Positions 44,742 to 53,258 of a DNA stretch of 64,000 nt are shown one piece after another. A model generated the notes under the pieces. That model worked only from the letters and a program-made list of their open reading frames with translations, had not been told where the DNA came from and made no database searches. Source of the stretch: Candidatus Poseidoniaceae archaeon (lineage in GTDB: Archaea; Thermoplasmatota; Poseidoniia; Poseidoniales; Poseidoniaceae); NCBI GenBank assembly GCA_030747695.1, contig JASLKG010000007.1, positions 2,261 through 66,260 on the forward strand, written 5' to 3'. Within the stretch, counting starts at the first letter, position 1, and each line of letters opens with the position of its first letter. The position numbers and the translations under genes are program-made.

Positions 44742-45797
44742 GTGGACAGACAAAATAGTGGGCTATTCAATTTGGCCGAAATTGTTGTTTTGACAATTGT
44801 AATTTTGGCAACACTTTCTATTGGTTATGACCCTAATATGGCTCCTGAAGAGGAATTACAATTGTCTGAAATTGATGGAACTTTGAGCCTCGTAACACGT
44901 TCTTCTATGGATTCTTTAGGGCTAGAGGATTTCAGGACAGGTGCGATTGCAACAGTTGATTTAGAATCATATCCCGTAATTTCAGGAAATTGTACTCAAT
45001 TTTGTGAATCTACTCCTTCTGGGATACAAATTACTGGTAATGTAAATGTGACAAAACTGCGCCCCCTTGAATCAGATGCAACATTTCGTATCGAAGGGAA
45101 ATTAAACGTAACACATCTGTGGGAATATAGTTCAGACAGTATGATTGTAAGAGAATGGTTAGTGATCGACTGGGATCTTGCTGAATTTTCATCACAATGG
45201 GACGTATATATTCATCACAATCCTCCAAAATGGGTGCCAAGTGATAGGTATCATTCTTCCTTTATTTCTTCTGAACAGGGAAAGATTAGTAGAGCAGGCC
45301 CTGCAATTTTCGTAGAAGAGTTATTTGATGACATCTTGAATGTGAGAGGATGTCTTCCTAATACAGCTAATTGTGATGGCGTAAATAGAGAAGAAATGAA
45401 TTTGACTTCAAAATATGTCAAACCTTCAGAACCAGTTGAAATACAGGGACCAAACATTTGGCATCAAGTTAATGCTAATTCTAGTGTGAATCATAATGTT
45501 TCAAATATTGGAGAATTAAGAAATATGTTTAATCTAGAATCTGCAAATACAAGTATTGATACTTGGTGTATTTCAGAACTTGATGTGATTGATGCAGCAA
45601 ATTCATGGAACGTATTAGGAAATACTGGTACAACGATTGCCCCGATGAATATTTGGCTACAATCAATAGGAATACAGGGAGGGTCATTTACAGCAACTGA
45701 TGGTGTTTGGTCTGAGGCTGACTATGGTGATGAAAATGCGTGTGGGTCATTTGTTAACTCCGAAGGTGTTTTGGTATTAGGTATATCAAAAATGTAA
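44742..45797 (+). CDS. Hypothetical N-terminally anchored or secreted protein
   Basis: GTG start. The N-terminal hydrophobic helix is LFNLAEIVVLTIVILATLSIG. There are many N-x-S/T sequons and no recognisable domain. It lies immediately upstream of the 1695-aa surface protein gene on the same strand. Confidence 0.55.
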   Translation: MDRQNSGLFNLAEIVVLTIVILATLSIGYDPNMAPEEELQLSEIDGTLSLVTRSSMDSLGLEDFRTGAIATVDLESYPVISGNCTQFCESTPSGIQITGNVNVTKLRPLESDATFRIEGKLNVTHLWEYSSDSMIVREWLVIDWDLAEFSSQWDVYIHHNPPKWVPSDRYHSSFISSEQGKISRAGPAIFVEELFDDILNVRGCLPNTANCDGVNREEMNLTSKYVKPSEPVEIQGPNIWHQVNANSSVNHNVSNIGELRNMFNLESANTSIDTWCISELDVIDAANSWNVLGNTGTTIAPMNIWLQSIGIQGGSFTATDGVWSEADYGDENACGSFVNSEGVLVLGISKM

Positions 45798-45886
45798 TGC
45801 AGTAACTTGTTTTCACATCGTTCCGGGAATATAAATTAATTTTTTATGACCGAAAGATAATAGCAGGAGTGCATGAAAGGGATACC

Positions 45887-48800
45887 ATGAAGCGAATAGC
45901 CGTAGTGATAGTTCTATTGTTTGCATGTCTTTCTTTACAGCCAGTGGCAAGCCAAATAGCTGCACCAAATGATACAGCAAATGACACAGCAAATTCTCTA
46001 ACTTATTTGAGCGTTGATGGATTTGTTACAACCAAATTTGCTAGTGTTGGTTCAGAAGTAGATATTCAAGCATTTACACTGGGCCATAATAGTAATACAT
46101 ATGTCAGTGCTGACATTGTAAAGTATGATATTGATCCACTAGAATCTATGATTGATACTGCATTCCCCGGTAATGGTCAATTTGTAGATAGAGTTGTACT
46201 CGTCCAGAGTGGTGTTCACGAAGAAGATTCGGACATTATGACTTGGCAAGGAACATATACAATACCAGTATCTTCTATGGGAGGAGCCTATGGTGCAAGA
46301 ATTATTGCAGAGGATGGAAATTTAGTAGCTATTGATGATCCTACCCAAATCAGGGAAGTCTTCCGTGGCCAATTCGAAACAGTTCTTTCTTCAATTGATT
46401 TTGCTTGGGATTCAGCAAATCCGCTTTCATTAATTGCAGATGAATTCTATGAACTTGAAGAAAAAGGAACATCAAATGGAGGATGGTCTAATTTCGTTGC
46501 AGTAGCTACTGATGGTAGTGGCCCTGGTGGAAGTCAACAATTATGGAATGCAATGCTTGATGCAGGTTACAACCAATACGATATGACAGAAGGCGCAAAT
46601 TTCCTCGATGCATTAATGAATTTCTTGGACTCAGATGATGCAAATGCTAGCATGCTATTTTTGACAGGTCTACTGATGTATGGCCACAATATTCCAATTC
46701 CACAAACACTAGATGGTTTTGAAGAATTAGCCGAATACATACAGTCATATGATCCAATAGAGAATTTCACTAGGTTTGAAGGAACAGATCAATTTGGAGC
46801 AGCGTATGATGCTTTAATCGATAGCGAGCAATGGGATGCAATGAACCAAGCATTGGATAATCTAGCCAACAATGTCAAGCCATTTGAATCCATGCAAACT
46901 GTAATGCACAACATTGCATTGTTAGCAGTTTCAAATCATCCTGAGGATATTGTAGATGGCTTGATGGCATGGGCTGAGCCATTGATGGAAGGAGATTTTG
47001 ATAATATGACCTCTTTCCAGCAATTACTAGTTAGGTTCATTGAAATGGCAGAGAAACTAGATGGTGAAACAGATATTCAAGACCTTGATGGTGACGATGT
47101 CCCTGATAGAATCACTTGGCAATATGAATATCTCCTAGAAACTCAAGAAGGTCAAGCCTGGACAGTAAAGATGGAAAATGACCACCCATGGGTAAACGAT
47201 GCCTTTGACGATTTTAATAATCTTCCAGAAGATATAATCGACATTGTATTTACATCTCTAGAGAACCAAGTATGGGAAGATACTGGATTAGTCTTGGAAG
47301 AATTTAGTAGATGGATGGCAAATGCATCAGGTTCTGGTTTAGAAGCCGAATGGCCGTATTATGATGAAGAAGATGAAGACTCAGAAGAAGATGAAGAACC
47401 AGAAAATTCTGAACCTGATGTTTGCTGTGTGTTTGAACAGTTACACCCAATTACTACTTCAGTCTATGATAATCACAAACTCGAAGTTGGTGTTGAGTTG
47501 CGTATGTGGGGCGGAGAAAGTGAAGAATATCCAGAGACGTTCTACATGTCAATGACTAATGAAAGAGGCTATACTGTCGGAACTGATTTGGTTAAGGATA
47601 CAGAGGATGGGGAAAGATATCTGGGTGTAATGATAGCTCCATCATTTGAGGATACAGAATGGTCATTCTCTCAACCATTAGAAGATTATGGAAGTAGTAG
47701 TGATGCTCAATCAATCGACAGTGCATATATTAGAATCGAAAGGCTCAGACCTTCTTTACTTGAATCAATGGCTATTGAAAACAATGATGAAATTTTCATG
47801 GTGTCCGCACTTGGAGTATTAGTTGATCAGGATGAGACAGGAACTGTTGACCAATCATTTACGGTTACTTCTCAAACTTATGATTCAGCAGGAGAGGTTG
47901 GAAATGTTGAAGTTGATATGGCAATTATTAGGATATCTCCACAACTAGGGGAATCTGCTATTGAATCACTTTCTCCTAATGGTGAATTTGATATTACCAT
48001 AAATTATCCAAATACATTGGAAGGAACTTATTCAGGTGACGACCTTGATGGTGATATAAACATTAAATTAATGCCATTTGGAACATATAATGACGATGAA
48101 GAGAAACAGAAGCATGTGCAATCTTATGGTTTCGATACAATAGAGATTTCGGCAGACGGTTATTCTTGGAATGCTAATAATTATCTTCCTAGCGATAGAG
48201 GTCTCGCGGATCTAGTTATTTCAGGTTCCACTACTGAAGGAATTGAATTCACTGAAATGAAACAAATACCCCTTCCCGGTAGCCTTGGTTGCACTGCAAC
48301 TGAAGGAAGTGGAGATCGTGATACTGCCCATGTAGGATATAATTACCGTACCTTTGAAGCTGACGAAGGTGAACGATTTTGGAAACCTGAGCTCTCGGCT
48401 GTAAGTGTCGATTGGGGTGATGGCACAACTGATGACTATACAGTAAATGAATGGGAAGAGGATCCAAGCGGATGGGAATCACACACATACGAGGAATCTG
48501 GAGAATATTACATTACAGTAGTATACGAAGATGAATTTGGCACAGAGCATTCAGATGAGCTAAGATTTCATACAGACATGGGAGGGTTCTGGCAAGAAGA
48601 ATCTGAATTCGAAGAAGGGGGATATTGGACTTCATGGATCGGTGGAACAAATTGTTGGCTTGAGTCTGAAGAAAGTTCATTGCCAACTCCATCAATAATT
48701 GATAACTTCATTACAGGAGGTCCAGTTGAAGTAGTTACTGAGCAAATAATGACTGCAGATTCTAATGGAGTTGCTAGTTTAACAGTAACTCCTACTCATC

Positions 48801-50956
48801 CTGGTGCGTATGTAACAATTGTACAATCTAAGCACACTTTATCAAACGGAGAAGTAATGACCGGTCTTGGACTAAATTTCATAGCAATAACAGAGGGTAC
48901 TGTGGAAATAGGAGGAAGTACATTGACACCAGTTACAACATTTGCAGGGCTTCCTGTTTACACTGTTGATCCAAGTTCTTCAGGTCTTGAACTATTGGAG
49001 ATTACTCCAAATGGAATAACATCTGATGAGTTTACTGCAACTTTAGGTGTATTCCCGCTCAACATAGATATTGCCTTCCCAGATATCGATTGGGAGGATT
49101 TTTCACAAGAAGAAACTTATGAGATTTTGTTTGAATCTGGTGATGACAAACGTTACCAAGAAGTTAGATTTGACTCTCCGATTTCATTGATTGGGGTTGC
49201 AGTTAACTCTGATGAAGAACAGTTAATGCCTGATGCATTAAGCATTGGGATTGTATTGAATAATCCAGAACAATTAGATGTAATGGGGCAATTAGGTCCA
49301 GGTCAAACATCAAATGTGGCATTAAATGATGGAACAGCGTCTAGAATTTTAGCTGTTGCAGCTCCAAAGGTAGGATTTGATCCTGCAACAGTTGACTTTG
49401 CTTCCTTTACCTCCTTATTGTGGGGTGATGGTTTGAAACCTGATAACGATTGGGTTGAATATGATAAAGTTTCAAATCGCCTATGTGAAGACGTAGGAAT
49501 TGAGTATGCTGACTGGATGGGCGATGATATAAATTATCAAATTAGTTTAAAATTAATTCCAGAGAATGAGTTTATGGTTGGGGACGAACTGATTGATTAT
49601 TCAAATGCTGTAGTGACTGATAGTGAAGGAAACGAAATAACGCCATTTAGTGATTGGGAGGTTACAGATTATGATCCAACAAAAGTTAGAGCATATTTCC
49701 ATTTAGAAGATGAAACTGAATATTACTTGGATACAGGTACTGAACTGGACTCATCGTTGAGTTGGTACTTTGGAGACTCAATATGGGAGACGAATTGCGA
49801 CGATAACCCCTTGACAGATGATGAAGAATTTGAGTTATTTGATGAATTCTTTGGTAATGTGAAATCGATAGCATGGGGTATCGGTTCTAGTGCTGATCTT
49901 TCATTACCACATCTAGCATCTCCAGTTAGCAATTACACTGTATTAGCGATTGTTCAGGCGGGTACAGGGTCTTCTGCAACAATTCATTCTGCAATTGGTT
50001 CACAAGTTGCTGAACCTAATCCAGAACCTCTGATAATGCGTGACTTAGAAATCGATTTGATGCCTGACAACCCCTCTGAAGGAGATGTATTGTTAGTCAC
50101 TGCTTCTGATGCAGAAACTGGAGCACCAGTTGAACAATTGTCAGTGGTAGTTCTGGAAGATGGTCTTACATTGTTTAGCTCATTAAGTGATGAAAATGGT
50201 CAAGCATCTTTCACCTTACCAGAAGGAACTTTGATGGTTAGGGTTTCTGGTGGTATGTATAATGCTGTAGAACTAACACTTACAGTTACTGAAACCGGAA
50301 CGGAAGTCGATGAAGCACCTGACAACGATAACGATGGAATTTCTGATGTTCTAGATAATGATGATGATAATGACGGAATACCAGATGATGAAGATGATAA
50401 TCCAACAGTGCCAGATAATCCAGATATTACTACAGATGCAGATAATGACGGAATATTAGATGGCATGGATCTTTGTCCATCTACAGAATTAGGAGACAGT
50501 GTAAATTCAGTTGGGTGTTCAGAAGCGCAATTGAATGCTGCTGACGATGGCCCTGACGACTCTGGTGATGGTCTTGATGATGATGATAATAAAGAAACAG
50601 AGACAGATGATTCAAATGAAATATTCCTTGGAATGAGTCCTGTTGCACTTGGAGGAATCGGATTTGGAATATTGTTATTATCGACTTTAGGAATTTTATA
50701 TGTGCGTCGAAATAGTTCAGCAGAAAGTGATTGGTTTGAAGAAGAGAATCAACTATTTGAACAACAAATGACAGAATATTCAAAGACAGTACCTGAAGTT
50801 TCAACTCCATCATCTAGTACACCTTCTCCAAGAGGGCCACCGCCAGGCCACCAAGGTCAAATGAGTGACGGATATGAAGTAAGCGAATATCCAAGTGGCA
50901 GTGGCACATGGTGGTGGAAAGATCCAGCTACTGGTAAGTGGAGCGAATGGACTTGA
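45887..50956 (+). CDS. Giant acidic surface protein with PKD domain, carboxypeptidase-regulatory-like domain and TSP3-like repeats, followed by a C-terminal TM and a Pro-rich/Trp-rich cytoplasmic tail
   Basis: Track start is GTG 45869; ATG 45887 gives the Sec-type signal MKRIAVVIVLLFACLSLQPVASQ. The PKD signature is VSVDWGDGTTDDY..HTYEESGEYYITVVYEDEFG. Other cues are DVLLVTASDAETGAPVE..NGQASFTLPEG and DNDNDGISDVLDNDDDNDGIPDDEDDNP. The TM is VALGGIGFGILLLSTLGILYV followed by RR. The tail is ..PSPRGPPPGHQGQMSDGYEVSEYPSGSGTWWWKDPATGKWSEWT. Confidence 0.85.
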   Translation: MKRIAVVIVLLFACLSLQPVASQIAAPNDTANDTANSLTYLSVDGFVTTKFASVGSEVDIQAFTLGHNSNTYVSADIVKYDIDPLESMIDTAFPGNGQFVDRVVLVQSGVHEEDSDIMTWQGTYTIPVSSMGGAYGARIIAEDGNLVAIDDPTQIREVFRGQFETVLSSIDFAWDSANPLSLIADEFYELEEKGTSNGGWSNFVAVATDGSGPGGSQQLWNAMLDAGYNQYDMTEGANFLDALMNFLDSDDANASMLFLTGLLMYGHNIPIPQTLDGFEELAEYIQSYDPIENFTRFEGTDQFGAAYDALIDSEQWDAMNQALDNLANNVKPFESMQTVMHNIALLAVSNHPEDIVDGLMAWAEPLMEGDFDNMTSFQQLLVRFIEMAEKLDGETDIQDLDGDDVPDRITWQYEYLLETQEGQAWTVKMENDHPWVNDAFDDFNNLPEDIIDIVFTSLENQVWEDTGLVLEEFSRWMANASGSGLEAEWPYYDEEDEDSEEDEEPENSEPDVCCVFEQLHPITTSVYDNHKLEVGVELRMWGGESEEYPETFYMSMTNERGYTVGTDLVKDTEDGERYLGVMIAPSFEDTEWSFSQPLEDYGSSSDAQSIDSAYIRIERLRPSLLESMAIENNDEIFMVSALGVLVDQDETGTVDQSFTVTSQTYDSAGEVGNVEVDMAIIRISPQLGESAIESLSPNGEFDITINYPNTLEGTYSGDDLDGDINIKLMPFGTYNDDEEKQKHVQSYGFDTIEISADGYSWNANNYLPSDRGLADLVISGSTTEGIEFTEMKQIPLPGSLGCTATEGSGDRDTAHVGYNYRTFEADEGERFWKPELSAVSVDWGDGTTDDYTVNEWEEDPSGWESHTYEESGEYYITVVYEDEFGTEHSDELRFHTDMGGFWQEESEFEEGGYWTSWIGGTNCWLESEESSLPTPSIIDNFITGGPVEVVTEQIMTADSNGVASLTVTPTHPGAYVTIVQSKHTLSNGEVMTGLGLNFIAITEGTVEIGGSTLTPVTTFAGLPVYTVDPSSSGLELLEITPNGITSDEFTATLGVFPLNIDIAFPDIDWEDFSQEETYEILFESGDDKRYQEVRFDSPISLIGVAVNSDEEQLMPDALSIGIVLNNPEQLDVMGQLGPGQTSNVALNDGTASRILAVAAPKVGFDPATVDFASFTSLLWGDGLKPDNDWVEYDKVSNRLCEDVGIEYADWMGDDINYQISLKLIPENEFMVGDELIDYSNAVVTDSEGNEITPFSDWEVTDYDPTKVRAYFHLEDETEYYLDTGTELDSSLSWYFGDSIWETNCDDNPLTDDEEFELFDEFFGNVKSIAWGIGSSADLSLPHLASPVSNYTVLAIVQAGTGSSATIHSAIGSQVAEPNPEPLIMRDLEIDLMPDNPSEGDVLLVTASDAETGAPVEQLSVVVLEDGLTLFSSLSDENGQASFTLPEGTLMVRVSGGMYNAVELTLTVTETGTEVDEAPDNDNDGISDVLDNDDDNDGIPDDEDDNPTVPDNPDITTDADNDGILDGMDLCPSTELGDSVNSVGCSEAQLNAADDGPDDSGDGLDDDDNKETETDDSNEIFLGMSPVALGGIGFGILLLSTLGILYVRRNSSAESDWFEEENQLFEQQMTEYSKTVPEVSTPSSSTPSPRGPPPGHQGQMSDGYEVSEYPSGSGTWWWKDPATGKWSEWT

Positions 50957-50994
50957 AGTGGAATCGTAGTGTTCAATAATTTCTATTTGATGAG

Positions 50995-53211
50995 ATGGTT
51001 CTCATGAAAACAGAACATCTCCGTATTGTGATTCTTTCCGGACTTGTTCTGTGTTCTACCTTAATTGTGGCATATCCCGTTGAATTAGTTCTTAATACAG
51101 ATGTTATCTTTGAAGATGAAACTATGGCTAGAATAGAATCAGAATCGATATCGGAAGTTGAGCAAGAGGGGCAATTATTGTTGGTCATTAAACATGATAA
51201 TGGTAGCTCTCTGACAGGCGATTTCCAATTTATTGAAAGGCTAATGCAAATTGAACGTGAATTACTAGACGGCTCTAATTCGAGTACATCTTGGGTTTCG
51301 GAAGAAGTTGTTATATCAAAATTAGAAACTCCATTCAACTTTTGGGCTAAAGCCTTTGAATCAAGAAATCGTTCACTTGAAAATGCTAATCAGTGGTCGG
51401 ATGTACTTCAACCCCCACTTGAAGAGGGATGGTGTGGTGACAATTCTACTGAAGCTGAGCAACAAGCATTTGAATCAACCTTACTCCTTTTGCCTAAAGA
51501 TTCTAATTTTGGAGTAGCATGCCCCTCATTTCCTGGCGCAGACGCTGAACAACCTCCAGATCCAGATGAAATGTTATGGCTTGTTTGGTTGAAATCTGAG
51601 GGAGGAGATACAGATTGGAATTCGTTGAATATTTGGGCTGAAAAGGTTAGTGATTCTACTGAATTTGAATTTGAAGCAGTAGGGGTAAACATGCTATTTG
51701 CAAAATCCAAGGTGATAGCAAAAAATGACATTAATAACGTAATGATCCCCTCTATTTTTGCTTTAGCAATTGTTTTGGTAGTGATACTTAGAGATTGGAA
51801 AGTGTCTGTTGCAACATTAGGTGGAGTTGTCTTAGTGATTTGTGCTGAAGCAGGTTTACTTTCAGCCCTTGGTAAATCGATGTCAATTGTGGATGCAATC
51901 GCCTTTCCAATAGTGTTAGCAGTTGCAGTCGATGGTGCATTTTGGTATTGTAAATCCTCTAGGAGTAAAGAGGAAGTCCGTTCAATATTATTGATGGCAA
52001 TGGCAACAACCCTGGCAGCAATATCTCTTGCTATGATTTCACCCCTCAAGGCTCAAAGTTCACTTGCAATGGTAATGGCAATAGGTATTATTTTGAGTTG
52101 GATTGTGACACGTTTTGTTTTGGAAGATTTTTTCCTCAATAGTCGGCGCATTAGTACGAATGAGAATGAACTGAAGGAATCAATATTCACAAATAAATCA
52201 GCAATTTGGAGTTGGCCAATAGCATTATTGTTGCTCGCATCAATTGCAATAATCTCTCCAAATGGAGTTGAAGTATTTGATGTCAATCAATTCTTACCAG
52301 AGGATGATCCAGCATTAGGCGAATTTGATGAATTACAATCTAAATATATTATTGCTTCAAGTACAGTAACTTGGGTTGTCGTAAATACTGAAGGTGACTC
52401 TACAGATGATTTCCAAGCAATAGTAGATTTTCAAAAACAACTGGGAAACCACCCTAGTGTAATCTCATTTGAAACGGGCATAATGAAATCACCATTGGTG
52501 ATGGGTATCACTACTAATTCTCAGGGACTGACTAATTCAACATTCGACCAAGTGTCACAATATAGTTATGGTTCACCCATAATGGATGATCACAGACTTC
52601 AGAGTTCTGGAAAAACAACAGGTATTGCAATAGCACTATTTATTGATGGATCAAATGCTGATGCAGCATTACAATTAATGGAGGATATTGATTATTTATT
52701 GGATTCAAGTAATCTTTCAGGAGAGGTAGGAGGAGATTTGGTAGTAGGATCCTCTTTAGCTAGAGACTTTGAAGATTCTAGAGTCACTCAAATATTAGCT
52801 GCGGGATTTGCAGTATTTTTTGTTTCAGCAATAATTACAGGCAATCCTCAGCGTTCACTTAGAATTGCAATAGGTACGATTGCAATTGGTGCGGCAGTAG
52901 ACGGAATGGCCAGTATGATTGGGGAGAGAGGCGTTAGTACTGCACCAGCAGTTCTACTTGGAATGGGTTTTGCTGCTGATTATCTTTCACATGCTAGTGC
53001 TAATCATGTGACCACTCGCAACGATAATTTCGCAAGATGGGGGGCTGCAATTACATCAGTATCTGTATTCATATTGCTAAGCTTTGCAACATTTCCTCCT
53101 GCTAGAGAAACAGGGCAATTGTTGGGAATGAGTATACTATTTTCAGTAACTTTGGCAACCTGTCTCGCAATCAACCTCAGCAATTTTTCATTAACAGATT
53201 CAGAAGAGTAA
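50995..53211 (+). CDS. RND-superfamily (MMPL/COG1033-type) membrane transporter
   Basis: The topology is 1 TM, a large loop, 5 TM, 1 TM, a large loop, then 5 TM. The first bundle is IPSIFALAIVLVVILRDWKVSVATLGGVVLVICAEAGLLSALGKSMSIVDAIAFPIVLAVAVDGAFWY, which resembles the MMPL/SSD-type core (..lgigvDy.i..). Confidence 0.65.
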   Translation: MVLMKTEHLRIVILSGLVLCSTLIVAYPVELVLNTDVIFEDETMARIESESISEVEQEGQLLLVIKHDNGSSLTGDFQFIERLMQIERELLDGSNSSTSWVSEEVVISKLETPFNFWAKAFESRNRSLENANQWSDVLQPPLEEGWCGDNSTEAEQQAFESTLLLLPKDSNFGVACPSFPGADAEQPPDPDEMLWLVWLKSEGGDTDWNSLNIWAEKVSDSTEFEFEAVGVNMLFAKSKVIAKNDINNVMIPSIFALAIVLVVILRDWKVSVATLGGVVLVICAEAGLLSALGKSMSIVDAIAFPIVLAVAVDGAFWYCKSSRSKEEVRSILLMAMATTLAAISLAMISPLKAQSSLAMVMAIGIILSWIVTRFVLEDFFLNSRRISTNENELKESIFTNKSAIWSWPIALLLLASIAIISPNGVEVFDVNQFLPEDDPALGEFDELQSKYIIASSTVTWVVVNTEGDSTDDFQAIVDFQKQLGNHPSVISFETGIMKSPLVMGITTNSQGLTNSTFDQVSQYSYGSPIMDDHRLQSSGKTTGIAIALFIDGSNADAALQLMEDIDYLLDSSNLSGEVGGDLVVGSSLARDFEDSRVTQILAAGFAVFFVSAIITGNPQRSLRIAIGTIAIGAAVDGMASMIGERGVSTAPAVLLGMGFAADYLSHASANHVTTRNDNFARWGAAITSVSVFILLSFATFPPARETGQLLGMSILFSVTLATCLAINLSNFSLTDSEE

Positions 53212-53258
53212 TCTAATCTTTGAATCACTTCATTTGTCTTTACTATGAAGACATGTAA

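Noticed and set aside
44742-44830. Type IV pilin-like class III signal peptide in the 351-aa ORF (QNSG/LFNLAEIVVL)
   Set aside because: The -2 position lacks the usual charged residue (S rather than K/R/D/E), and the Glu is at +6 rather than +5. A plain N-terminal signal-anchor explains the helix equally well. It is kept only as a remark under the peptidase finding.
44690-50994. Integrated element at tRNA-Ala
   Set aside because: I saw no integrase or recombinase, no phage or plasmid genes, and no visible direct repeat of the tRNA 3' end by eye. There is not enough evidence to call a mobile element.
51408-52049. 213-aa minus-strand ORF
   Set aside because: It is antisense to the TM-rich core of the RND transporter gene. 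Hydrophobic codons read in reverse often stay open, and it shows no independent signals.
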